Shown piece after piece: positions 40,801 to 48,212 of a DNA stretch of 64,000 bases. The notes beneath the pieces were generated by a model that worked only from the letters and a program-made list of their open reading frames with translations, was not told the DNA's origin and ran no database searches. The stretch lies in NCBI GenBank assembly GCA_963578475.1, contig CAUZCL010000005.1, forward strand, positions 60,530-124,529. The letters are read 5' to 3'. How positions within the stretch are numbered: position 1 is the stretch's first letter; the number at the start of each line of letters is the position of its first letter. The DNA comes from Acidobacteria bacterium bin61. GTDB lineage: Bacteria; Acidobacteriota; Vicinamibacteria; Marinacidobacterales; SMYC01. The position numbers and the translations under genes are program-made.

Positions 40801-41259
40801 CACGGCCATGATGAACACGTTCCGACCCGGCGTAGGCAGGATTTCCATCTGCGCCTTGTCGATGGCCGAAGCGATGGAGGCGTTGGCCGTGTTGATGAGC
40901 GGTGTCTCACCCGTTACCGTTACCGATTCAGCGATGCCGCCGACCGCTAGCGAGACGTCTTGCACGAGTTGCGAAGCCACGCCAATCTCGAGGGCTTCCC
41001 GCGTATAGGGCGCAAACCCTGCGAGCTCAACCCCAAGATTGTAGCGGCCGGGCGCCACGACCGCGAAAACGTATTCTCCGCGCTCGTTCGTAACCGACGT
41101 ACGAGCTACACCGGTACCGACGTTGGTCAGGGTCACAGTGGTCCCTGGAAGCACACCGCCATCGGCATCCTGCACTGCTCCCCGCACGCCGCCTGTAAAC
41201 GTCTGAGCTGACGCAAAAGCGGGTACCAGTAGCAGGAGACTAATGATAAAGGCTCTCAT
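37867..41259 (-). CDS. TonB-dependent outer-membrane receptor with N-terminal carboxypeptidase-regulatory-like domain (about 1130 aa)
   Basis: Signal peptide MRAFIISLLLLVPAFASAQ, CarboxypepD_reg-like beta-sandwich (TVTLTNVGTGVARTSVTNERGEYVF), plug and beta-barrel regions, C-terminal aromatic residue. RBS GGAGGGA before the ATG at 41259 (ORF listed from 41340). Confidence 0.85.
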   Translation of the reverse strand: MRAFIISLLLLVPAFASAQTFTGGVRGAVQDADGGVLPGTTVTLTNVGTGVARTSVTNERGEYVFAVVAPGRYNLGVELAGFAPYTREALEIGVASQLVQDVSLAVGGIAESVTVTGETPLINTANASIASAIDKAQMEILPTPGRNVFIMAVTTPNVVHAGDPVFVRMQDQSNASLLSLGGGPQRGNNYTMDGVGMTDFVNRGVINPSFEALEEMKVQIATYDAEMGRTSGGVFNSVHKSGSNNWAGAGLYQNRPTWGRAPTFFEDRAGQDASIEPYHLWGGSFGGPIVRDRVFFWMAHEGYKNISSRVSTLNFPTQAMAAGDFSGLGFPIYDPLTGAAFPGAVIPAGQIDPVGRSLAGILADVGDTCLPQGGRVVAGVGNECTITAILDNKAWQASGNINSSMTDNWQLTGTYMFYKSEEPANPYYQAVFDGNLPEYDTGSAILFRNVNLVAINSTHILGDTSVLTFRIGYSRFYDTVVEPEFSTADAIAMGFDADTMNAIGIQQFPDIGATGYGDGGNTHGSWSNNNRVHSTKEISSVYSSFVGSHTLKFGGVFRQYGIDWNRPAPMGFNFIPRFTEGPGSNGNSIASMVLGLPNSGGATIASQNFNDILYGAGFVQDDWRVNDNLVLNLGIRLEHETGMGESNNQIITAWDFDNPFPINPTSNLTGGVLYAGVDGQATRTGNPPGIKVGPRAGFAYSVNDSAVLRGGYGIFWSPLTGGGPSTNNHANLGFSAQTTYNNFERGGAGTLSNPFPTGVNQPVGNVLGRLQNVGQNLNYIDQFRNHPKFQTWSLDLQKEFANNMVVTVGYMGSKGTDLAIGGTNDAGTQMNQLAPSAAAALGAGIGTQVSNPFAGQGLGNDNATISQGQLARPFPQFQSVFAKRVSSGRSRYDAVKLELEKRFRGNWGAKFNYTFSNQRDNVYESANRLSDEESTIFVTNAVDADFGPSRLSSRHWINLSGLYRFPSPDGGAAEAILGGWSVAMTTIMREGFPLAIKQSSNWGGAIGYDHQRPNTTGTDPNTSGSTADRVDNYINPAAFSAVTQVGQVGNSPFTDASLRSPWLFNWDLSFEKMTRLGGNQNFSIRIEFVNFFNQPNWNGPSSNFGVGNFGRITGQGGYPRVLQVLFKYMF

Positions 41260-41709
41260 GCAAATCCCTCCTGTAAATTGGAAATGAAGCCAGTGATGGA
41301 CCCGAAACCAGTCTCTCAGAATTGAGGTTTGGCATCGCAAAAATAGAAAGAAGGAGCCCCAGCCCCACCCATTCGTACCTAGACACAGCAGGACTGGTAT
41401 AGCTCCTGTCTGTCTCCATCGAGCACTCTCGGGTCCTCCTTAGGCATTTCTACGGCAGTGAGCTTAATAATTCACCTACCGGTTGTCAACCTAGTCAAGG
41501 AATAGCAAATCTCGCGCCAAGTTACCTGCCGGCGCGTACGACACGTGGATCGGACACAACTCCCTACTTAACAAGCACTTAACATTTAACCCGCGAGAGG
41601 CGGAGCCAGGCTTCGCCTGCCGTTAATCCAATCGCTTGAACAGTTGTACAACCGGCCGGATCCGAAACCGATCACTAGACGGCCACGTAACATTCACTGC
41701 GACAAGGAC

Positions 41710-42153
41710 TTACTGCTTTTCCCATGCATCCATGAGGCCCTGAGCCTCGCCTCCAGGGGCCCAAATCACGAGCGCTTTGACGGGCTCATCGCCAGGCACG
41801 ATATGATTCACTTCATCCGGCGGGCGCACGAAACCGAGCATACCCGGTTTGAGCAGATGGCTCACGCCATTGACGACGTGCTCGAGCTCCCCCGAGAGGA
41901 TATAAAAAACCTCGGTCGAGCCATGAGGGTGGTTTCCCGAGTTCGTACCCGGCGGAAAGGTAATTCCCCCTATCTCGACCTCGCCGCCCCCGAGATTCCT
42001 CGAATCGAGCAGCATCTTCAGACTGGTGCCGCTCGTGGGGCTCAGATAGACCTCGTCCTCAAGCATCATTCTTTGGGTCGAAACCGACTCCCCAACAGAC
42101 ACACCGATACCAAAGACGACAGTGAACAACAAAACAAGCTTGGTGCGTCGCAT
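41710..42153 (-). CDS. Secreted cupin-domain protein
   Basis: Signal peptide MRRTKLVLLFTVVFGIGVSVG. Cupin motifs G(x)5HxH(x)3,4E(x)6G-like (GNHPHGSTEVFYILSGE) and PGDEP...H. GGAGG RBS before the ATG at 42153. Confidence 0.6.
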   Translation of the reverse strand: MRRTKLVLLFTVVFGIGVSVGESVSTQRMMLEDEVYLSPTSGTSLKMLLDSRNLGGGEVEIGGITFPPGTNSGNHPHGSTEVFYILSGELEHVVNGVSHLLKPGMLGFVRPPDEVNHIVPGDEPVKALVIWAPGGEAQGLMDAWEKQ

Positions 42154-42220
42154 CCGATCTCCTCCTTCGGTTATGACGGCAGCACCTCGAGGTGTTCGTG
42201 CTCCTCGCGTGAGCCCCGCG

Positions 42221-43930
42221 TTAGAGCGCGGGGTGTTTCTGATGGTGGGCCGTCTTCGATTGATATGCATGAGCCAGCAATAAAATCTCAGCCTCGCCGA
42301 AAAGCTTTCCCGTAAATCTCAAGCTCGTGGGTGTGCCTTCGAAGAAACCGCCCGGCACGCTGATCTCGGGATGGCCGGTCAAATTCGTCAGACCCAAGTT
42401 GCTCCCGATGAAACCGTCCAAGTCGTCCAGGGCCTCGTCGACCTGTTCCATGATGCGCATGCGCAGACGATTCGCTTGGATGTACTCGACCGCGGGAACG
42501 AAGCGCGCCGAGCGGAAGCTTTCCGGCCACCGGCTTTCTTCGGGAAGCGCCTTCATACTGTCGAGATCGCCCTCGAGCGTCAGGTCGTCGAAAGCAGCGG
42601 CGGATTCGGTGGTGAGGATGAAGCCGATGGCGTCGGAAGGCACGTCGGGGAGATCGAATGGCTCGAGATCGACACCCAGCGATCGGATCACGTCGAGCGC
42701 TTCGCGGTTGTTTCTTTGGGTCGCTCGCTGCCGTGCGACGCGATCGGCGTTCTCCGGGTCGTCTTCGATCTCGTCGAAAGCGGAACGCAAGTAGCCGATG
42801 CGAAGCTCGCGCACGTCGCGCCCTCCGTCCCACACGAACGGGACGTCGAAGAGCGTGTTGTCTTTTCCATCCGGTCCCCGAATCGCGTCGAATACGAGCG
42901 CGCAGTCCTCGGCGGAGCGGCACATAGGGCCAATCTTATCCATCGACCACGACAGCGCCATCGCCCCGTAGCGGCTCACGCGACCGTAAGTCGGTCTCAG
43001 TCCGGCGACGCCGTTGCGGGTCGCAGGCGAGATGATCGAGCCGCGCGTCTCGGTGCCGATGGCGAAGCCGACGAGCCCGGCGGCGGTCGCTGAGCCCGGC
43101 CCCGCGGACGAGCCGCTCGAGCCTTGCTCCGTGTTCCACGGGTTGCGCGTACGCGCGCCGAACCAGCGATCGCCGGAAGCAAGAGCGCCCATCGAAAGCT
43201 TCGCCACGAGCACCGCGCCCGCTTCGGTGAGCCGCGTGTAAACGGTCGAGTCGGTGTCGATCCTTTGCTCTTTATAAGGTGTGGCGCCCCACGTCGTCTT
43301 CGTGCCGCGCACGGCCAGAAGATCTTTCGCGCCCCACGGGATGCCGTGGAGCGGTCCTCGATAAGTGCCAGCCGCGATCTCTTCGTCGGCGCGCTTCGCC
43401 TGCTTCATCGCGATGTCTTCGGTAACGCTAATGACGCAGTGAAGCTCCGGGTCATATTTTCTCAAACGCGCGAGATAGAGCTTCGTGAGCTCTGTCGGCT
43501 TGACGTCACGCCTCGCGACGAGGCGTCCGAGATGAGTCGCCGGCAAAAAAGCGAGCTCTTCGTCCGTCGACGGCATCGAGACGTTGACGTCACTCGGCGC
43601 CATCGAGCTCTCGCCTTTCGGGATCGCCTTTCCCGGTGGAACGGGATTGAAAACGAGCGCGGGGACGGTGTCGTTTCCGAGACCGGCAGCGCGGATCGCC
43701 TCGAATCCTTTCAAGGGGCTGCGCTCACCGTTGAGCCTCTCGAGCAGCGCTTGCTGCTCGGCCGGCGTGAAGTTGAGCCCAGCGATCTTCTGTGCCGCAT
43801 CGATCATCTCGATCGTCACGGTCGGGGCATCGTTCGCGACGGCTGCCAGAGCTCCCGGCATCAAGGTGGTCCCGAGCCCGAGAGAGGAAAAACAAGCGAC
43901 GAATCGTCGGCGGTTCATTTCTGTAGTCAT
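42221..43930 (-). CDS. Amidase-signature family amidase with Tat signal peptide
   Basis: Twin-arginine motif NRRRFVA. Amidase signature GSSGSSAGPGSATAAGLVGFAIGTETRGSIISPA (Ser-cisSer-Lys triad region). Confidence 0.8.
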   Translation of the reverse strand: MTTEMNRRRFVACFSSLGLGTTLMPGALAAVANDAPTVTIEMIDAAQKIAGLNFTPAEQQALLERLNGERSPLKGFEAIRAAGLGNDTVPALVFNPVPPGKAIPKGESSMAPSDVNVSMPSTDEELAFLPATHLGRLVARRDVKPTELTKLYLARLRKYDPELHCVISVTEDIAMKQAKRADEEIAAGTYRGPLHGIPWGAKDLLAVRGTKTTWGATPYKEQRIDTDSTVYTRLTEAGAVLVAKLSMGALASGDRWFGARTRNPWNTEQGSSGSSAGPGSATAAGLVGFAIGTETRGSIISPATRNGVAGLRPTYGRVSRYGAMALSWSMDKIGPMCRSAEDCALVFDAIRGPDGKDNTLFDVPFVWDGGRDVRELRIGYLRSAFDEIEDDPENADRVARQRATQRNNREALDVIRSLGVDLEPFDLPDVPSDAIGFILTTESAAAFDDLTLEGDLDSMKALPEESRWPESFRSARFVPAVEYIQANRLRMRIMEQVDEALDDLDGFIGSNLGLTNLTGHPEISVPGGFFEGTPTSLRFTGKLFGEAEILLLAHAYQSKTAHHQKHPAL

Positions 43931-43999
43931 GGTCTCTGCCTCGTGACGAGGAGTCTATCACCAGTGCCACTCGTCTTTTCCTGCTAGCATGACCGCTTC

Positions 44000-45181
44000 T
44001 TGACCGACACAACCCAACGTTTTCGCGCCACCGCCGCGCTCTTCACAGGCGTCGGGCTCTCGGCGACCGGTTTCATCACGCTCATCACAGTGACGCCTCT
44101 CGTCGCTGAAGATCTTCTCGGAAGCGCGCGCTGGAGCGGGCTTCCGACCGCGCTGGCCATCATCGGGACCGCCGTCGGAACCAGCTGGCTGTCCTTCGTC
44201 ATGTCCCGGCGTGGCCGGCGACGCGGTCTTCTGCTCGGCTACTTCACGGCGATGGTGGGCTCCATGATGGCCGCGCTGGCCGCGGGCACATCGACCTTCC
44301 CTCTCTTGGCGCTCTCCTTATTCGTCCTCGGCGCCGGCTATGGAGCGAGCCGCCTCTCGCGCTACGCGGCCGCGGATTTCTACGAGCCGGAACGCCAGGC
44401 TCGCGCCATCGGCTGGGTGGTCTGGGCCGGAACGGTAGGCTCGGTACTCGGCCCGATACTGCTCGAGCCGTCACGCGCGCTCAGCAGCACGCTCGGTTTT
44501 CCGGACATCGTCGGGCCCTTTCTCGTAGCCGCCCTCGCCATGGGCTCGGCCGGCTTCGTTCTCTTCGTCGCTTTCCCGGGCGGCTCCCTGACCGAGGCCA
44601 CCCAGAAGGCGAGCGGCCCACTTCCGCTCCACCACTTGCGTCACGCAAAAGGCCAAGTCGCTCTCGCCGCCCTAGTGATCGGCCAACTCGTCATGATCCT
44701 CATCATGGCGATCACACCCGTTCACTTGAGGAGCGCGGGTGGCGGGCTCCAATCGATCGGCCTCGTCATCGCCTCCCACACTTTCGGGATGCACGCGCTC
44801 TCTCCGCTCTCCGGCTATTTGAGCGACCACTTCGGACGTCGACCCGTAATTCTGATTGGTGGTGCCCTGCTCGTCTCCGCTGGGCTGGTGTCCTCGGGGG
44901 CGGGCGGTGAGACTACGCAGCTTGCGCTCGGTCTGTTTCTGCTCGGTTGGGGCTGGAACCTCAGCTTTGTTTCCGGGAGCGCCCTTCTCACCGAGGCCGT
45001 GCCCAGCGAAAATCGCATGCGCCTCCAAGGCTTCGCCGACTCGGTGGTTTGGGCGAGCGCCGCCGCCGCGGGTCTGAGCTCGGGTGTGCTGCTCGAATCC
45101 GTGGGCTTCGCGATGCTTTGTCACATTGGCGCCCTACTCGCGCTCGTGCCGGCCGCGCTGTTAGCACTCAGGAGGTGGTAG
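44000..45181 (+). CDS. MFS transporter
   Basis: 12 predicted TM segments, MFS-type loop motifs. TTG start at 44000 per ORF table. Confidence 0.7.
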   Translation: MTDTTQRFRATAALFTGVGLSATGFITLITVTPLVAEDLLGSARWSGLPTALAIIGTAVGTSWLSFVMSRRGRRRGLLLGYFTAMVGSMMAALAAGTSTFPLLALSLFVLGAGYGASRLSRYAAADFYEPERQARAIGWVVWAGTVGSVLGPILLEPSRALSSTLGFPDIVGPFLVAALAMGSAGFVLFVAFPGGSLTEATQKASGPLPLHHLRHAKGQVALAALVIGQLVMILIMAITPVHLRSAGGGLQSIGLVIASHTFGMHALSPLSGYLSDHFGRRPVILIGGALLVSAGLVSSGAGGETTQLALGLFLLGWGWNLSFVSGSALLTEAVPSENRMRLQGFADSVVWASAAAAGLSSGVLLESVGFAMLCHIGALLALVPAALLALRRW

Positions 45182-45507
45182 TGGCGGGCTCGGCGTTCGA
45201 CGAAGTCCGCACGATCGTCCGCCGCATCCCGCGCGGCCGCGTGATGAACTACGGACAAATTGCGGAGCTACTGAGTCGCACGCTCTCCGCCCGCGCGGTC
45301 GGCTGGGCGATGCAAGATTGCCCGGATGGCGTCCCCTGGCAGCGCGTTGTTAATGCTGCAGGCGGCATCTCGACGGAGCATCTCGTCGATCCTCCCGATT
45401 TGCAGCGGCGCCTGCTCGAGAGCGAGGGCATTCGCTTCAGCGATGACGGGAAGCTCTCGATGGCGCGCTACCGCTTCACACCAACGAAAAAGACCAAGAA
45501 GAAGTAG
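45181..45507 (+). CDS. Alkyltransferase-like (Atl) protein: MGMT DNA-binding domain with Trp replacing the active-site Cys
   Basis: VPWQRVV in place of the MGMT PCHRV motif. 108 aa. GTG start overlaps the MFS stop (TAGTG) with AGGAGG just upstream. Confidence 0.6.
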   Translation: MAGSAFDEVRTIVRRIPRGRVMNYGQIAELLSRTLSARAVGWAMQDCPDGVPWQRVVNAAGGISTEHLVDPPDLQRRLLESEGIRFSDDGKLSMARYRFTPTKKTKKK

Positions 45508-45568
45508 CTCGTTTTGGATCGCCGGTAAATGTCCCGTGTCGAGATGTTAGCGGTTTTCTGCTCCCGGT

Positions 45569-45597
45569 TTGACACAAGACTCTATTTTGACTAACTT
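45569..45597 (+). promoter_or_regulatory. Candidate sigma70-like promoter for the phd–vapC operon (possibly leaderless)
   Basis: TTGACA (45569-45574), 17-nt spacer, TAACTT (45592-45597). ATG of the antitoxin at 45605 about 7 nt downstream. Confidence 0.25.
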
Positions 45598-45604
45598 ATA
45601 CAAA

Positions 45605-45904
45605 ATGACCAACAATCCCAAACCCAAGGTCCTGAGTGCAGCCGAGGCCAAACTCCATTTCGCAGAAGCTCTTCGCAACGTGGACAAAGGGAACGTGATT
45701 GTAATCACTCGCTACGGAAAGCCAGTGGCAGCGCTTGTAGGTCCGGCGGACCTCGCGCAACTTCAGAGACTCAAGTCCCAGGTTCCAGAGGAAGGTTTGG
45801 CTCAGCTCGTGCACCGATGGAAGGACTCTCGAGAGTTTTCCGACGCCTTGGACGAAGTCGCCAGCAATCGCACCGAAGGCAGGGTAGCTCCTCAACTGGA
45901 CTGA
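45605..45904 (+). CDS. phd: Phd/YefM family type II antitoxin
   Basis: N-terminus KVLSAAEAKLHFAEALRNVDKGNVIVITRYGKPVAALV matches the Phd/YefM fold. Internal ATG chosen (ORF listed from 45569). Confidence 0.7.
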   Translation: MTNNPKPKVLSAAEAKLHFAEALRNVDKGNVIVITRYGKPVAALVGPADLAQLQRLKSQVPEEGLAQLVHRWKDSREFSDALDEVASNRTEGRVAPQLD

Positions 45905-45909
45905 ACCAT

Positions 45910-46335
45910 TTGTACCTGTTCGACACGAATGCGATATCGGAGGCCTTGAGGCCTCGTCCCAACCAAGAGTTTGTCACCTGGATCCAGTCTTTGGCTCCCG
46001 AGAGCCAATTCACCAGCATCGTTGTTATAGCGGAGCTCTATGCTGGTGCCTACCATTCTCGTGATCCATCAAAGTGGCTTCAACGACTCGAGCAAGAAGT
46101 TTTCCCACGCTTGCGCATCTTGGATTTCGACATTGAATGCGCTCGAGTGTATGGGCAAATTCATGCAGAGCTAGCTCGAGCTGGCACCCCCATTGGCGAC
46201 ATCGATACTGAGATTGCGGCAACCGCGCTACGCCACGACCTGGTTTTGGCAACGGCCAACGTAAAACACTTTCAGCGAGTTTCCGGGTTGGCGCTCTGGT
46301 CGTTCACCCCGGGCGACGAAGCCAGGTCGCGATAA
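45910..46335 (+). CDS. vapC: VapC family PIN-domain toxin
   Basis: YLFDTNAISE start (PIN Asp), conserved acidic residues (IAEL, TANVKHF). TTG start 6 nt after the antitoxin stop. Confidence 0.75.
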   Translation: MYLFDTNAISEALRPRPNQEFVTWIQSLAPESQFTSIVVIAELYAGAYHSRDPSKWLQRLEQEVFPRLRILDFDIECARVYGQIHAELARAGTPIGDIDTEIAATALRHDLVLATANVKHFQRVSGLALWSFTPGDEARSR

Positions 46336-46405
46336 GAGCGTCGGCGAAGGCGGGGACCGCGTCAGCCAAATTCCGGGTCGCCGGGAATGTCCGGCGGCAG
46401 AGTTG

Positions 46406-46744
46406 TCATCGGTTGCTCCTCACCCGCCGCACCAGATCCTGGAAGCGTGGATCCGCGTGCAGGCCTTCGAAGACCCAGCGCAGATAGTTATGCTCCAGGC
46501 CATTGACGAAAGGACACCGCTCCTCGAAAGCGCGCTCGAGCCACGAAAACGCACTATCGGCTTCACCGAGCAACGCGTAGATGGAAGCAACTTGAGCCGC
46601 ATCGATATACACGCTCCGGCCTCGGCCTTCGAGCTCGAAAAGAATCTCTTTAGCTCGCCCACGGTCTCCATTCGCGGCATGCACCATGCCGAGCGTCCAG
46701 CTATGCCTCGCCGACGACGCGAGCGCCACCTCGATCTCGCGCAA
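46406..46744 (-). CDS. TPR-like C-terminal domain fragment (possible gene remnant)
   Basis: 112-aa ORF with helical-repeat pattern (AQVASIYALLGEADSAFSWLERAFEER ... DPRFQDLVRR). No N-terminal partner domain present. Confidence 0.35.
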   Translation of the reverse strand: MREIEVALASSARHSWTLGMVHAANGDRGRAKEILFELEGRGRSVYIDAAQVASIYALLGEADSAFSWLERAFEERCPFVNGLEHNYLRWVFEGLHADPRFQDLVRRVRSNR

Positions 46745-46846
46745 GCTGTCCTATGCCGCCTTTGCCGAGCTCCTCGAGAAGCTCGTAGTGGGAGATCCTC
46801 CGCGCAACCACAGCTCGCTCAGTTTATTCGCGAACGGCGGGCCTGG

Positions 46847-47908
46847 CTAGCGCCTCACGGCCGTGATCTCTTTGATCTGCTCGCGGATCGCCGGGGCCTT
46901 TCCCGCCTCTTCGAGGCGCGTCCACAAACCCGCGACCGTGTCGCGGTCGACGAGGCCGGCGGGCGATCCGGATTCGGACGTCGTGAGTCCCTCCGCTTTG
47001 CGGAAGGCATCCACGGCCGTGACGAGCTCTTCCGTGTAGATGTAGGCACCGTTCTCGCTCGCTAGCTTGGACCGGCCCGCGCGAAAGTAGCCAAGCGCAT
47101 GAAGCATGATCTTGAGCTGCACGACGTCTCTGCCCGAATATTGCTGCAGCGTTCGAAACCCGAGCGTCTGGCCGATCGTGTCGTAGATACGCCGGAGCTC
47201 GGCGACGGGCGTTTCGTTCTCGCAGACGTTCACGTGGGTCGAGACCCGATCGGCTCGGCGCGAATGTCCTTCACGCGGGTCCGCAACGATGACGGCCGCA
47301 GATTGCGTTCGGCCTTTGCGAGCATCACCTCCGGTCGCCTGGCCCGCTTCGAGCGCGGCGATGAGGCGGTCGGCGAGGTGCCGGCCGCTGCCTTCGGTCG
47401 ACTCGAAGGAGCGAGCGACAGCCTCAACGACTTCAGGTCCTACGAGCGAGTTTCCCTGCGCGGCGTAGTTTCGGCCCGCGAGCTCACCCGACCAGGAGCG
47501 CGTTTCGGCGCCCGTATGTTGCGCCGTGCCGCCTTTCAAACCGATGGCACCAATCTGACGATGCGCGGCCCGCTCGTCATGAGCGAGGGTGCGGCTGAGC
47601 GCTTCCTCCGCACTATGGCCCTTCGCGAGCAAATCGAGGATCTCGTTTCCGTACTCGGTGCGTGTGCTCGCTTGCGTCGCGACCGCGCCGACGCCTGCGC
47701 GCACCCAGGGAACCCCGTTGCCGACACACGGGTTCCGCGTCGTGACGGCAACGCCAGATTCACCCGTTATCGGATAGATCGCGGCGATCGAGAAGGTTTG
47801 AAAGACGAGGTCCTCACCCGGCGCGGGCCACGCCGCTGGCTCCTGCGGCTTGGCTTCGATGGGAACCCAGAGAGAAACGAGAAAGGCAATAGCGGCGCGC
47901 TTCGACAT
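46847..47908 (-). CDS. DUF1028 (Ntn-hydrolase-like) protein fused to a C-terminal peptidoglycan-binding domain, secreted
   Basis: Signal peptide. FSIAAIYPITGESGVAVTT (DUF1028 N-terminal pattern). C-terminal LQ..LHALGYF...GAY..T..AV..F.K..GL (PG_binding_1-like). Confidence 0.6.
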   Translation of the reverse strand: MSKRAAIAFLVSLWVPIEAKPQEPAAWPAPGEDLVFQTFSIAAIYPITGESGVAVTTRNPCVGNGVPWVRAGVGAVATQASTRTEYGNEILDLLAKGHSAEEALSRTLAHDERAAHRQIGAIGLKGGTAQHTGAETRSWSGELAGRNYAAQGNSLVGPEVVEAVARSFESTEGSGRHLADRLIAALEAGQATGGDARKGRTQSAAVIVADPREGHSRRADRVSTHVNVCENETPVAELRRIYDTIGQTLGFRTLQQYSGRDVVQLKIMLHALGYFRAGRSKLASENGAYIYTEELVTAVDAFRKAEGLTTSESGSPAGLVDRDTVAGLWTRLEEAGKAPAIREQIKEITAVRR

Positions 47909-47957
47909 AAGTCGCCAAGGTTATTACGCCCGACCTCCATGCGGCAAGAAGTGTTTG

Positions 47958-48206
47958 TCAGGCAGATTCGGACGGTTCTTTTTGGATCCCCGCGAGAAGC
48001 GCCGTCGCCTCTTCCGAGCGATCTTTGGTAACGTCGAGGCGCACCTTCCCCAGGAACGGATTGCCGGAGAATACCGCGCCAGCGTGCTCTCCTAGGGCGA
48101 CGTATTCGATGCCGGCGCCATCGAGAACCGATTTCGCGATGGCGAGGAGAGCCGGGTTCGCAGAGTCGAAAATGTTGACGAGCTCGATATCGTTGTTGTC
48201 AGCCAT
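47958..48206 (-). CDS. DUF2007-like small protein (putative signal-transducing protein commonly next to histidine kinases)
   Basis: 82-aa acidic protein immediately downstream (7 nt) of the histidine kinase on the same strand. Confidence 0.5.
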   Translation of the reverse strand: MADNNDIELVNIFDSANPALLAIAKSVLDGAGIEYVALGEHAGAVFSGNPFLGKVRLDVTKDRSEEATALLAGIQKEPSESA

Positions 48207-48212
48207 GGCCTC

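Noticed and set aside
41260-41709. Possible cobalamin or other riboswitch in the 450-bp region upstream of the TonB-dependent receptor
   Set aside because: No B12-box (GCCACTG) or other recognisable riboswitch core found on the coding strand. The receptor belongs to the large CarboxypepD_reg class, which is not typically riboswitch-controlled.
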